This document shows, in pieces, positions 1-10,008 of a stretch of 64,000 nucleotides of DNA. Position 1 is the first letter of the stretch. Each line of letters opens with the position of its first letter. A program made the translations under genes and the position numbers. This DNA is from Bacteroidota bacterium (lineage in GTDB: Bacteria; Bacteroidota; Ignavibacteria; UBA10030): positions 129,838-193,837 of the forward strand of contig JBEKEV010000001.1 of the NCBI GenBank assembly GCA_050013655.1, written 5' to 3'. The notes beneath the pieces are model-generated. The model made no database searches. It was given only the letters and a program-made list of their open reading frames with translations, and had not been told where the DNA came from.

Positions 1-580
1 AATCCCTGACACTGCCTCCCTCAAGGTTCGGCAAATATCCACTGACGACACTATCACCACAAAAGAGGACTCGATCTGCAGGCACAAACACACAGAGATT
101 CGTCGGAGTATGTCCTGGAGTAAGTAAAACTTCAGCGTTGAGATTTCCCAGATTGAACTTTATCTCTGATGTTATTTTATGAATCGGATTGACAATTCTG
201 GTATCGGTAAAGACAATCGATGCTTCTTGTCGCTCCCGCCGAACAACATTTGGAGTACAAGCTATATACTCATCAATATCGCTTTTCAATTCAGAGTCTT
301 GCCGTTGAATGCCAGCATGACCATATATCTCAATACCATAATCAGCAAAATGACTATTGCCGCGTATATGATCAAGATGTCGTTCTGTATTGATTAAAAG
401 CAACTGATTGGATGGTCGAACCACTCGGGCATAGCCCCTGATCGTTGCCGCGGCAAGTGTGTTTGGACCACTATCTACTATAAGCGTTTTTTCGTCGCCG
501 ACAATAAATCCGGCATTAACACTCCACGGAGGAGTATATGCAAACCCGAATAAAGCAAAACAATGGCGTGCTATTTGCAT
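1..580 (-). CDS. MBL-fold metallo-hydrolase (metallo-beta-lactamase superfamily), partial; the C-terminus runs off the window start
   Basis: The reverse-strand reading from the ATG at 578-580 gives MQIARHCFALFGFAYTPPWSVNAGFIVGDEKTLIVDSGPN...TERHLDHIRGNSHF...LTPGHTPTNLCVFVP. This contains the HxDH and GHT motifs typical of the MBL fold. It is not in the ORF track because it is truncated by the window edge. Confidence 0.5.
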   Translation of the reverse strand, partial: MQIARHCFALFGFAYTPPWSVNAGFIVGDEKTLIVDSGPNTLAAATIRGYARVVRPSNQLLLINTERHLDHIRGNSHFADYGIEIYGHAGIQRQDSELKSDIDEYIACTPNVVRRERQEASIVFTDTRIVNPIHKITSEIKFNLGNLNAEVLLTPGHTPTNLCVFVPADRVLFCGDSVVSGYLPNLEGGSVRD

Positions 581-603
581 CGATCTTCTTGACTTTTTGT
601 ATG

Positions 604-1362
604 CTAATCATCCGTTAAGTTTTTGGGAGTTACTTTTTTATAACCCGCAGGAACTTCAAACTCACTTGCGGCGGCCACTTTCTTCTCAACCTTTGTAACG
701 GTCGTTGTAATACCTGCGATAGTTGTTTGAATAGAAAATCCTTCTATCTTCGTCATTGCTGCAACCATTTCTCCCCCATTCGGCATCTGAGCTGCCATCC
801 GTTGACCAAATTCTTTAAAGTCTTTTTGCATGCTGCTGAAATCGGGCACGTCGGCCGTTGTCCACATGCTTCCCACTTCGGCGGTATCCTCTTTCATTGT
901 ATACTTGATACACGCGTACCCACTAATGGTTTTTCTTTCCGCGGTCTTTATCACATTGATTTTGGCATGTTGTCCTCCCATAGCTGCTTTCCCCATCATT
1001 TGTTCCATCATTTTTCTTTGTTCGGGAGGCATGTTTTTTAATTGTTCATTCATCTTTTCCAGTTTTTTATTCGCTTTCTTTGCATACGCCTCCATCTCTG
1101 CAAAGGTCATTTCGGAATATTCTTTCTTCTGTGTGTCTATGAGGTACATCATTTCCTTGTCTAGGCGAAAAATCGATGCATTATTTTCCGACGATTGCTT
1201 AAACATGTGCGGTATGTAGGATGATGTAGAATGAATTTCCTTTCCGTTGGCAATCGGTATCGTTGTAGTGCTTTCCCAGTATAATCCTTGACCAACGACA
1301 ATACCAATAGCTGCGACAGTCAGCACAATCAGTATCATTCCATTTAAAATAATATTTTTCAT
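604..1362 (-). CDS. Secreted or periplasmic hypothetical protein (DUF4412-like), with an N-terminal signal anchor
   Basis: 252-aa ORF with a GGAG ribosome-binding site 6 nt upstream of the ATG. An N-terminal hydrophobic segment (ILNGMILIVLTVAAIGIVV) is followed by a Lys/Glu/Met-rich body. The family assignment is from memory only. Confidence 0.5.
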   Translation of the reverse strand: MKNIILNGMILIVLTVAAIGIVVGQGLYWESTTTIPIANGKEIHSTSSYIPHMFKQSSENNASIFRLDKEMMYLIDTQKKEYSEMTFAEMEAYAKKANKKLEKMNEQLKNMPPEQRKMMEQMMGKAAMGGQHAKINVIKTAERKTISGYACIKYTMKEDTAEVGSMWTTADVPDFSSMQKDFKEFGQRMAAQMPNGGEMVAAMTKIEGFSIQTTIAGITTTVTKVEKKVAAASEFEVPAGYKKVTPKNLTDD

Positions 1363-1455
1363 GGTTGCTCCTTATGGTTAATGAATGAGTCTATTCAATG
1401 TAAAAAAATCGTTCATTACTCTCAATAAACAATTTTATTCAATCTCCTGCACGTT

Positions 1456-4233
1456 TCATCTTTGCACCCACGAAGTGCCGCAGAGTGCAGTATATGGGCA
1501 GCGGTGACATGCTTTTCTAAGGTCGGCAGGCGGCGAGAAAGGAACTGCAGCATTGTTCATCTCTTGTAGTAAGAGTTCAATCACCTTTTGAACTTGCGTA
1601 AAACATAACGCACGTTCAGCAGAATCTTCTACAAAAAATATTTCACCTTCCTTGCTCAATCGGCTTTCGCCAATGTAAAGAAATGCAGGAATGATCTCCT
1701 CTGTTGTAAGACCGGAATGAATTCTATATAACAGCAGGTATATCGGCAGTTGGAGCGATGGGATCGCTTCGCTCCAGCTTTCGCGTTCGTTAAGATCGAG
1801 TTTGTTCATGGCAATCAGCTTTTTGCTCTGCGGCACTCCGGTTTTATAATCGAGAATGACAATAGAGTTGCTTCGCTGCTCGATACGATCCAATTTTCCT
1901 TCAAACTTTACACCAAACGCATTGACAGAAATTTTCTCTTCGAGTCTCTGTATTATCACGTCGTTCACTTCGATAACCGATTTCTGGTAATTCGTAAGCA
2001 ATGCTTTTAATTGCCTCTGGATTTGCCGTTTCAGCAAATAGGACGCTCCCACCGGTTCTGTTCCAAATTTCTCCGAGAAAAATTCATTCACCAACTGTTC
2101 CATACGCATGATATCAAGATCATGTATATTTAATTTTTTCCCTAAGAGAGGTTCGTAGAATTTCTTCAGCACTTCATGGACAAACTTTCCGATTTCTTGG
2201 CTGTCAATATCTTCCGTTGCTTCTTCTTTCTCTTTCAATCGCATGATGTATCGATAATAAAACTTGATCGGACATTGCATGTAGGTATCCAATGCACTGG
2301 AACTGTAAGAAAATCCGCGAAGTGTCTCAAGCGATTCTTTCGATTTTGAAATGGCCGGAACAGCGTCGTTAGCAAGCTTGACTTGATAGCGAATCGTCTG
2401 CACAGAATGATCGGATGAATACGTTCCGTCACGCTTCTGCCGTTCCCATAGCAATTGTTCAATAAAGCGGCTTTTGCTACTCTCGCCGGATTCAGAAAAG
2501 AAAAGATGCACACGCTTTGCTCCACGCACAAGCAGGTTGAAGTAATGTTCACTGAGTTTGTCACGGTCTCTGTGCGTTTCTAGTTGTAAATTCTCTCGAA
2601 GCTTCTGCGGTAAAAGCATATCACTGCCGATACCGCCGGGCAGAACATGATCGTTTGCGTTTAGAAGATAGACGTCATCAAAGTGAAGACTGCGCGTTTC
2701 CAGCAACCCGAGCACTTGTAATCCCCGCAATGGCGTGCCGGAAAACGGAACTTCTTGCTGTGCAACATACTGCTGGAGAAAACTAAAATATCCGGATGCA
2801 TCGCGGAACGGCATGCCGCCGGCAAGCGATTGCTCCAGGTGTAGAAACATTTGCAGAAATGCTTCAGCATACGGACGGAAGAGCGGATGTAAATGAGCGG
2901 TGCTGTACTCATAGATGTATGTGAGCACCTCGATGGCTTTATGAGAAAACTCTTTCAGTGAGACCATGGAATCCAGCGCTCGTATAGTGTGCATGTGAAT
3001 GCTTCGGAGATGTTCTTTCAACTGTTCTGGTGTTGTTTCAGTGCCGGATTCAGAAGCCGTAAATGCTGCATTATTAAAAACTTCATCTGCTTGCTCAATA
3101 TCTTCCAGTGTAACCAATATTTTTGTTTTGTCTTCCATCAGCATCGTTTCTAGTCCATGAAAAAGGATGCGCGTAACATCTGCACGCTGACCAAAGCGGA
3201 TGTTTTTTGTATATGGATGCAAAACAAATTTCAAGTACTGCGATGCTGAATACCGTTCACCTTGCTTTGTGCACACTAATTCCATCAGGTTATGGAGGAA
3301 ACCGTACACCGGAGTGCGCGCCATGGGATAGCCAAGAGCGATGTTATATTCTTCTTCGGGCATCAAGGTAAGTGTTTGATGGACAACAGGAAAAAGCGCA
3401 TCCGCCGTGGGTAGGACAATCACCGAGCGTTCATCAAGCAATTTGTTCTTCTCCAATTGATCATTTATAATCGCGGAGAGTGCAAATACCTGCCCATGCG
3501 TATCGGATGATTTGTAAAAATGAATCTCCGGCTCTTTCGTTCCCGGCTCAGTCTTATCTGTCTGAAACACGAACAATGCACTTTGGCGGTTCGCCAGATC
3601 ATCAAAAATAATTTTCTCTGCATGTGTCTGCTTATACAATCCTGCCACAATAAGCTGCGTGTATTCTCCAAGATCTATATTGCCGATGCGATCAGCCACT
3701 TCCGAGTAGCGAACAGCGCGCGTCGTAAATCCTTTTTCCTCGACAAGCGCATAGAACCGTGTATAATATTCAGCAAGTGAGAACAACCGGTTATATGTGA
3801 GCGATGAAAGTGATTCCTTTATCTTCTGCTCGGTAAGATTGGCAAGATGTAGCTCCTCCAATTCACTAAACAGTTTCAGTCCGATAGGAAGGAAAGCTTC
3901 TAACGATGCAAAGTATTCCCCGCCTAATCGTTCTTTCAACTCGCTATGAATTTGATAAAGCAGAACCACGGCATCGATTGACTCTAAGTCTTTAACCGGC
4001 AGAGCATGGAGTTTTTGATAGAGCGAGAGAATAAACTCATCTACGGAAAATATTTTGGGCGGAATAAAACTGCCGCCTATGCGCCGAGCCAGTTCTTTGC
4101 GTAGAAAATGCGCCGGACGTTTTCCGGGAAAAACGACTGCACTCGTCGAGAAATCTCTTCCCTGTGCGCTGAGATGAGCGGCAACGGTTTCGACTAGATG
4201 TTCGTGTGGACTAAGAACAATGCGTTCGTTCAT
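1456..4233 (-). CDS. addB: AddB-like PD-(D/E)XK nuclease subunit with a C-terminal Fe-S cysteine cluster; the N-terminal ATP-binding motif is degenerate
   Basis: 925 aa. The C-terminus has ILDYKTG...CHRCPYTALCG plus an upstream Cys (MQCPIKF), the four-Cys Fe-S staple of the AddB/RecB-family nuclease domain. There is no clean Walker A at the N-terminus (FPGKRPA). Its start overlaps the stop of the upstream helicase gene as ATGA. Confidence 0.7.
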   Translation of the reverse strand: MNERIVLSPHEHLVETVAAHLSAQGRDFSTSAVVFPGKRPAHFLRKELARRIGGSFIPPKIFSVDEFILSLYQKLHALPVKDLESIDAVVLLYQIHSELKERLGGEYFASLEAFLPIGLKLFSELEELHLANLTEQKIKESLSSLTYNRLFSLAEYYTRFYALVEEKGFTTRAVRYSEVADRIGNIDLGEYTQLIVAGLYKQTHAEKIIFDDLANRQSALFVFQTDKTEPGTKEPEIHFYKSSDTHGQVFALSAIINDQLEKNKLLDERSVIVLPTADALFPVVHQTLTLMPEEEYNIALGYPMARTPVYGFLHNLMELVCTKQGERYSASQYLKFVLHPYTKNIRFGQRADVTRILFHGLETMLMEDKTKILVTLEDIEQADEVFNNAAFTASESGTETTPEQLKEHLRSIHMHTIRALDSMVSLKEFSHKAIEVLTYIYEYSTAHLHPLFRPYAEAFLQMFLHLEQSLAGGMPFRDASGYFSFLQQYVAQQEVPFSGTPLRGLQVLGLLETRSLHFDDVYLLNANDHVLPGGIGSDMLLPQKLRENLQLETHRDRDKLSEHYFNLLVRGAKRVHLFFSESGESSKSRFIEQLLWERQKRDGTYSSDHSVQTIRYQVKLANDAVPAISKSKESLETLRGFSYSSSALDTYMQCPIKFYYRYIMRLKEKEEATEDIDSQEIGKFVHEVLKKFYEPLLGKKLNIHDLDIMRMEQLVNEFFSEKFGTEPVGASYLLKRQIQRQLKALLTNYQKSVIEVNDVIIQRLEEKISVNAFGVKFEGKLDRIEQRSNSIVILDYKTGVPQSKKLIAMNKLDLNERESWSEAIPSLQLPIYLLLYRIHSGLTTEEIIPAFLYIGESRLSKEGEIFFVEDSAERALCFTQVQKVIELLLQEMNNAAVPFSPPADLRKACHRCPYTALCGTSWVQR

Positions 4234-7200
4234 GCAACCGCCCGTACTTTTTTCCTGTCCACGAACGCCAGCATACCTCGGATAGTGCGGCCTGGATAAA
4301 AGTTCTGGAGAATGGTTCTATAGCCAAGTATTTGATCACGATAAACATCTTTATCGTCTCCGGTCTTAAAATCGAGTACCGTCACGCTCTCTGCATCCAC
4401 CACAACGCGATCCATACGGAACAACTGCCCATCCAGATTTACAAATTGTTGTTCATTCAAAATTTTTCTGCCATCGATGAGAGTAAAGAACGGCGCAATC
4501 TCCGGCAATCGCAAAAATTCCAGCACTAACGATTTGATACGTGCCGCATCTGCCGGTTCATCCCAGCTTCCTGCAATTTCTTTCACTGCTGATGAAACAC
4601 GTTCCTCAATGTCCGCATCCACAAATTCCACGCGGGAGAGTATATCGTGGACCGCTTCACCGCGCCGCCGTTCATACAGCGCCAGCTTCTCCGATGAAAT
4701 AATGCTTGCCGGCTTACGCACAGACGAATGGTACTTGTCTGCAGTTAGTTCGCCTGGATTCTCATGCTTTTCCACCTTCTGTTTTGTCGAACGCTCATAT
4801 CCGGTTTTAGGCAGAAGTGTTGAAGGTTTATCAGCCCACTTTGTTTTGATGCTGATAATGTACATTTCTTCTTTTGCACGCGTGAATGCAACATAGAGCT
4901 TATTCAAATCGTCTACCGCCTGCTCAAATATGCGGCGTTCATATAAAGCCCTCATATTGTCGCTACAATCAGCATTCTTTTGTGTTATGCGGAGAAGGCG
5001 TATACCATCTTCGTCTTCTTCTATAAACAAATTGTCAGGTTTCGGTTTTGAATCTTCCAACAGAACGATTACAACGCGGTTATCCAATCCCTTCGCTTTG
5101 TGAATCGTCATCACGGAAATGGCATCCGCGCCGTGCGGAATATTGATATTCCATTCCGATTCATCTCCTTCTTCATCCGCGAATATTAAAAAATCTTTGA
5201 GATTGTTCTGGCCGGCATCCTCGAAGTTCTTGATGATCTCCAATAATTTTGTCAGTGTGCTTTCCTCTGCCGGCGCCAATTCAAACAATCGGAATTGCTT
5301 GTAGATTTCCGATACCAGGTCGTACATCGGCAGGTAGCCGACAACTGTGAACAGTTCTTCAAAATATTGTTTCCAGACATCCTGATATTGCGCGCGAAAT
5401 GATGCGTACAATGATGCTTTGCGGTTTTCTTTTTTCATTTGCAGAATAAACGTATGAAGTTGTTCTTTGGTTATAGACAAACTTGTAGTGGAAATCAACC
5501 GATGAAATGTATCGCTCAGGAGAAATGTTACAAATGCAAGATCGTCGATGGGTGAATCCAGAAATCGAAGCAGAGCGATGATATCTCCTGTAATTTTTCG
5601 TCCGCGGATATCTAAACTGCTGTGCGAAATGAAAGGCACATGTTCGCTGTTGAGCCATCCGCTGATCGCAACGACGTGTTCGTTCTTTGATGTTAGGATA
5701 GTGATGTCGCCGTACCTGTAACCTCGCTTTTTGCAATCAGCCACAATTTCTAAAATCTTCGTGCGCTCCGGTGCTTTTTCCATATCTTTCTCAAACAAAA
5801 CAACCTCGACATATCCTTTCTTTTCGTTGCCTTCTTTGACCTGTTGTTTGAATGATGATAATCCGCTTGCGTGCGGTGCATCTCCACCCATAGTTGAAGG
5901 CACAATGTCATGAAAAACCGATTTGTTAAAATCTAAGATCCGCTCGAAACTCCGGTAATTCGTTTCCAATTCTTGCACATGAGACGGCGCAGAGGGAAAG
6001 ACGATATTTTTCATTACGTTTTTCATAATGCGCCAATCGGCATTGCGGAAAGCATAAATGGACTGCTTCGTATCACCGACTACAAAGAGACTTCCATTCT
6101 TGGAGAGCGCTTCGCCAAACAAGGGCATCAGAGCTTCCCACTGTACCGGTGATGTATCTTGAAATTCGTCGATGAGATAATGAAAGATCGCGTCGCCAAG
6201 ATAAAAATAAACTTGCGGCACAATTTCTTCCGAAATATGTTTCAAGAGCGCACGATTAACATCGGTGAGAGAAACTTGATTGTTTCGGCGCATGATCTGA
6301 TCGATGGTGCTGCCGAACAATCGATGCGCTTCAACATACGGACGGTAATAATTTCTTGCTTGTTGTACAATATATTCTGCAGCGAGAGTGCGAAGGTGTT
6401 CCTGCAGCGGAGCAAAACGAACATTCCATTCTTCCGCCTGCGCTTTCATTTTTCCCGACTGCTTCACTGGAATAGTATAGAGACTCTTCCGATAGATCAA
6501 ATCATCAACATTACCGGCAGCCGCAATTTCAATCACAATCTCAAAGTTCTTCGTTATTTCCAATCCTGATTCTTTTACAAACGTATGAAGTTGACGGAAT
6601 GTATCGAGAATTTCTTGCCGCACTGCATTTATCTGCCGACCATTATCAGAAAACGGCAGCACTTCTTTCGTTTGTGCACTGAGTGTGTTGTACAGTTTTC
6701 GCACTTCATCCGAGAGTTTTTGAAATGGATTCCAAATATAACGCGCAGAAGTATTTTGACTCTCAACGAGAATGTCTGTGAGTTGCTCAAGCAGGAACCG
6801 CTTTGAAGGATCAACGGAAAGCTCGCGCGCAAACTGCTCAAATGCCGCATCCAGCAATGGACGGTTATTCAATTTAATTTCAAGTGTCGGTGAGAATCCA
6901 AACTCTAACGCCGATGCCCGGAATATTCGCGCCATAAAGCTATCGATTGTCTGTACCTGAAATGCGGAGTAATCCTGAAGGATTGTTTCTATTAATTCTC
7001 CGCATCGCGCTCGAAGCCGTTCTTCGTCCATTGTAACGATTGCAAGCAACTGTACAAGAATCTCACGGTCGCCGTGATATGCTTTTTTCAAATACTCTAG
7101 AACACGTTGGCGCATTTCTGCGGCGGCGTTCTTTGTGAACGTCATAGCTAAAACATTATTCAGCCGATTGTTTGGGATACGCTGAGAAAGCAGCAGTTGC

Positions 7201-7307
7201 AGCAACTTCAACGTGAGCGTATGCGTCTTCCCTGTTCCTGCTGAAGCAGAAACGACTGTAAAATTGGGCAGATGAAGTTCGGTATCGCTAAGGAGAATAG
7301 GGATCAC
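4230..7307 (-). CDS. addA: UvrD/Rep-family helicase with a C-terminal PD-(D/E)XK nuclease (AddA-like ATP-dependent helicase/nuclease subunit A)
   Basis: 1025 aa. It carries Walker A (SAGTGKTHTL), motif Ia (AMTFTKNAAAEMRQR), a DEFQDTSPVQW (DExx) motif and a C-terminal nuclease region (VDAESVTVLDFKTGDD). It is translationally coupled to the downstream AddB-like gene. Confidence 0.8.
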   Translation of the reverse strand: MIPILLSDTELHLPNFTVVSASAGTGKTHTLTLKLLQLLLSQRIPNNRLNNVLAMTFTKNAAAEMRQRVLEYLKKAYHGDREILVQLLAIVTMDEERLRARCGELIETILQDYSAFQVQTIDSFMARIFRASALEFGFSPTLEIKLNNRPLLDAAFEQFARELSVDPSKRFLLEQLTDILVESQNTSARYIWNPFQKLSDEVRKLYNTLSAQTKEVLPFSDNGRQINAVRQEILDTFRQLHTFVKESGLEITKNFEIVIEIAAAGNVDDLIYRKSLYTIPVKQSGKMKAQAEEWNVRFAPLQEHLRTLAAEYIVQQARNYYRPYVEAHRLFGSTIDQIMRRNNQVSLTDVNRALLKHISEEIVPQVYFYLGDAIFHYLIDEFQDTSPVQWEALMPLFGEALSKNGSLFVVGDTKQSIYAFRNADWRIMKNVMKNIVFPSAPSHVQELETNYRSFERILDFNKSVFHDIVPSTMGGDAPHASGLSSFKQQVKEGNEKKGYVEVVLFEKDMEKAPERTKILEIVADCKKRGYRYGDITILTSKNEHVVAISGWLNSEHVPFISHSSLDIRGRKITGDIIALLRFLDSPIDDLAFVTFLLSDTFHRLISTTSLSITKEQLHTFILQMKKENRKASLYASFRAQYQDVWKQYFEELFTVVGYLPMYDLVSEIYKQFRLFELAPAEESTLTKLLEIIKNFEDAGQNNLKDFLIFADEEGDESEWNINIPHGADAISVMTIHKAKGLDNRVVIVLLEDSKPKPDNLFIEEDEDGIRLLRITQKNADCSDNMRALYERRIFEQAVDDLNKLYVAFTRAKEEMYIISIKTKWADKPSTLLPKTGYERSTKQKVEKHENPGELTADKYHSSVRKPASIISSEKLALYERRRGEAVHDILSRVEFVDADIEERVSSAVKEIAGSWDEPADAARIKSLVLEFLRLPEIAPFFTLIDGRKILNEQQFVNLDGQLFRMDRVVVDAESVTVLDFKTGDDKDVYRDQILGYRTILQNFYPGRTIRGMLAFVDRKKVRAVA

Positions 7308-7506
7308 AATTTAGTCAGCTATCATATTTTTCATCAAAAATGTAGCCAATAAGTTCGTGGGTTGCAACGAGAAGAATGGTTATCTTCGTGCCCACCGTTG
7401 TAGAATTTATTACAGCAACTTTCTTCTACTTTATGCATCTTCTATATGAGTCCGTATAGACCAGCAATGTAAATATCAACTCCCATAATGGAGAAAAAGA
7501 AACAAA

Positions 7507-8037
7507 TTGAGAACGGACGTTGAACTAATTCAGTTATTGTGTCAAGGCGACCGTTTAGCGTTTGCAGATCTATATGAACGTCACAAAACAGGTATTTATC
7601 GATATTGTATGCGTATGCTTGCCGACTCGGATACAGCGGAAGACATGACGCAAGAAACATTTGTGAAAATGTATACCAATATCAGAGAACTTCAAAGTGT
7701 CGATTCATTCCTGCCGTGGCTCTTCCGCATTGCCCGTAATGAGGTGATGATGCATTTACGTCAACATCGTCGAAATGGAACTCAAAGCGATAAGGATATT
7801 TGGGATGAAACGACACCGCATGAATTAACTGTAGCCGCAGAAACTACAGAGATCGTTCAGCGATTACTTCAGAATTTGAGAAGCGAATATCGTGAAGTGA
7901 TCTTATTAAGGGAATATGAGCAGCTCTCGTATGTAGAAATCGCCACAGTCACCGGTGATACAGAAAGCTCAGTAAAATCTCGACTCTTTAAAGCACGAAA
8001 AGCATTGACGAAGAAACTGAAAGAGTATTATTCATGA
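7507..8037 (+). CDS. RNA polymerase ECF-type sigma-70 family factor
   Basis: 176 aa. Region 2 (ETFVKMYTNIRELQSVDSFLPWLFRIARNEVMMHLR) and region 4 (LSYVEIATVTGDTESSVKSRLFKARKAL) are recognisable. There is a TTG start with a GGAGA ribosome-binding site upstream. Confidence 0.85.
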   Translation: MRTDVELIQLLCQGDRLAFADLYERHKTGIYRYCMRMLADSDTAEDMTQETFVKMYTNIRELQSVDSFLPWLFRIARNEVMMHLRQHRRNGTQSDKDIWDETTPHELTVAAETTEIVQRLLQNLRSEYREVILLREYEQLSYVEIATVTGDTESSVKSRLFKARKALTKKLKEYYS

Positions 8038-8132
8038 GTAAATCGGATTGGAGATTAAAGATTTGAGATTACAGGGGGGCAGATTACAGATTTGAGATTT
8101 AGCGAAGAGGATTATCAGAAAAGAGGTGTTAT

Positions 8133-8588
8133 ATGAATTGTGAACTGTATCAGGAACAAATTAGTCAATTTATAGACGGCGAGTTACTGCCGACTGCGGA
8201 GATTGAACTTTTTGTGCATCTTGGCGTGTGTGAGCATTGCCGCACATTTCTTAAAAATGCTCTCTCGCTAAGAAATATATTTACACTTTCGTCGCAGATG
8301 ACTGTCCCTGCTTCATTGGATCAACGAGTACTGAATCAGATGTCCTCGCCTGTGAAGCAGCCGATACTTCAGAACTTACTTTTGCATAAAAGAAAAGCTC
8401 AGTATTCTTTCCGCACCATTGGTATAGCTATAATTATCTCCATCATTACTACTGTATCTGTTTCCTCTTTATGGTACCGTCATGTACAAGCGCAACAAAC
8501 CATTGTGTGCCTTACTCCGCTTCCGGAGGTGGAAGTAGCTGGCTACGTGGTCATCGGACATCCACCAATAAAAGGACATCAACAATGA
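8133..8588 (+). CDS. Zinc-finger (HxxxCxxC) anti-sigma factor with a single transmembrane segment
   Basis: 151 aa with an N-terminal HLGVCEHCRTF motif and one hydrophobic helix (IGIAIIISIITTVSVSSLWY). It lies immediately downstream of the ECF sigma factor. An AAGAGGTG ribosome-binding site precedes the ATG. Confidence 0.65.
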   Translation: MNCELYQEQISQFIDGELLPTAEIELFVHLGVCEHCRTFLKNALSLRNIFTLSSQMTVPASLDQRVLNQMSSPVKQPILQNLLLHKRKAQYSFRTIGIAIIISIITTVSVSSLWYRHVQAQQTIVCLTPLPEVEVAGYVVIGHPPIKGHQQ

Positions 8589-9388
8589 AACATATCATCT
8601 TCACTTTCATAATAGGCATTTTCTGTATTTCTGTCCCAATGCTTTCTCAAAAAAAGGATGATTTTTCATCACAGGCCGAAACAATTTTTGATAAAGCTCC
8701 GGTACCTATCAAACGTGTTGAACCTAAATACCCAGAATCTATGCTCAAAGATAGCTGGGAAAGTAACGTCTATTTAAAAGTGTTTGTCGATATCGACGGA
8801 AATGTTGCAAGTGCAAAGATAGAAAAGATAGATGGATCTTCCCCAAATGAGTTACAGGGGGAACAGGAAGTAGCCGCAGCTAAAAAGGAATTTCAAGAAG
8901 CCGCATGTACTGCGGTCAAGCAATGGAAATTTACCCCGGCACAAATGCAAGGAAAGCAGGTTGCCGTGTGGATAACTATTCCTTTCCGATTTAAGATATA
9001 CAAAGATGAAAAAGAACAACCAGAAGATAATACTTCACAGAGCGAAATGTATGAATCAATACTGAAATCAGTTGAACACATCTTAAAAGGATATGATCTA
9101 AAAACAGTAAAGAGATTTATTAATCCTGAAGCATATCTTATCTATGGAAAACATTACGAAAGCTTGTATGGTGTATTGAATGGTGAGCATAAAGATGTGA
9201 AACTGGTTGAGGGACCTGAATCAGAATTTAAATTGTCGCATATGTGGATATCAGATGATAAAACAATTGGATATGCGATCTTGAAAACTCAAATCAAAAA
9301 GGGTGGACCAACGCGGTTTCACACAATCATTTTTAAGAAATCTGCCAACGGCGATTGGCAAATCAAACACTGGCATGTGAGTTGGTAA
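8585..9388 (+). CDS. Secreted TonB C-terminal domain protein with an NTF2/SnoaL-like C-terminal half
   Basis: The start is reassigned to the ATG at 8585 (MKHIIFTFIIGIFCISVPMLSQ is a signal peptide). This ATG overlaps the anti-sigma stop as ATGA, and an AAAGGA ribosome-binding site lies upstream. A TonB_C-like segment is present: VPIKRVEPKYPESMLKDSWESNVYLKVFVDIDGNVASAKIE. The ORF-track N-terminal extension from 8471 lies inside the anti-sigma gene and is rejected. Confidence 0.55.
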   Translation: MKHIIFTFIIGIFCISVPMLSQKKDDFSSQAETIFDKAPVPIKRVEPKYPESMLKDSWESNVYLKVFVDIDGNVASAKIEKIDGSSPNELQGEQEVAAAKKEFQEAACTAVKQWKFTPAQMQGKQVAVWITIPFRFKIYKDEKEQPEDNTSQSEMYESILKSVEHILKGYDLKTVKRFINPEAYLIYGKHYESLYGVLNGEHKDVKLVEGPESEFKLSHMWISDDKTIGYAILKTQIKKGGPTRFHTIIFKKSANGDWQIKHWHVSW

Positions 9389-9417
9389 AGGTAAGCGAGA
9401 GATTTGATATAATGAAA

Positions 9418-9449
9418 ACTGTGCAGGAAGCAACGATCTTCCTGCACAG
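9418..9449. terminator. Bidirectional rho-independent terminator between convergent genes
   Basis: A perfect 13-bp inverted repeat (ACTGTGCAGGAAG / CTTCCTGCACAGT) around a 6-nt loop. An A-run lies on one side (a T-run for the minus-strand gene) and CCACTTTGTTTG on the other. Confidence 0.6.
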
Positions 9450-9465
9450 CCACTTTGTTTGCCGC

Positions 9466-10008
9466 TTAGAAATTCTCTTTCCGTGCCTCATGCTTTGCGC
9501 GCTTATGCAGATCAACAGAGTGAATAATTGACTCTGCTAATTCCACACCAATACCGAGACTGAGACCTAGCCAGAGCCCCTCAAGATAATTCTTCTGAAA
9601 CAATGCCGGAGGCAACGCTTGTACTTTTGTAAGAAGAGCAACCGACAATGTTAAGAGCACAAAGACAGCTCCGTAAAAAACACCTGCGAAGAGAAACTTC
9701 CATTGTTTAAAATTCGCCAGCTTGCGCTCAAAGAGGAACGCAATGACGACCGCCGACAGGTTGACACCAAAAGACCAGATGGCGGCGTTCAATACGGGCA
9801 TCCATAGTGTAGCCATAACGAAAAGAAGAGCACCGACTGAAACGGCTGCAGTAATCGTGTTGGAAAGTCCACGGACATGATAAAAAGCAAATATAAACGA
9901 TGTACTCATACCATACGTAATGAAGTATGCAAATCCAGCTGACTGCGGATCGAAGATCTCGCTGCCATACATAATCAGTCCGGCAACCATACCTCCTAAA
10001 AAAGACAA
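9466..10008 (-). CDS. Integral membrane protein of unknown function (about 5 TM helices)
   Basis: The ORF has multiple hydrophobic helices. The track start is a TTG, and an in-frame ATG (MVAGLIMYG) six codons downstream sits next to an AGGAGG motif. The exact start is uncertain. Confidence 0.5.
   Translation of the reverse strand: MSFLGGMVAGLIMYGSEIFDPQSAGFAYFITYGMSTSFIFAFYHVRGLSNTITAAVSVGALLFVMATLWMPVLNAAIWSFGVNLSAVVIAFLFERKLANFKQWKFLFAGVFYGAVFVLLTLSVALLTKVQALPPALFQKNYLEGLWLGLSLGIGVELAESIIHSVDLHKRAKHEARKENF

Noticed and set aside
179-698. Plus-strand ORFs 179..397 and 459..698 at the window start
   Set aside because: They are antisense shadows of a minus-strand MBL-fold hydrolase gene (ATG at 580, motifs HxDH, GHT). 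They have no ribosome-binding site and no recognisable protein features.
8471-8584. N-terminal 38 codons of track ORF 8471..9388
   Set aside because: This extension overlaps the anti-sigma factor gene in another frame. A signal peptide begins exactly at the internal ATG at 8585, which has a ribosome-binding site and overlaps the upstream stop as ATGA.
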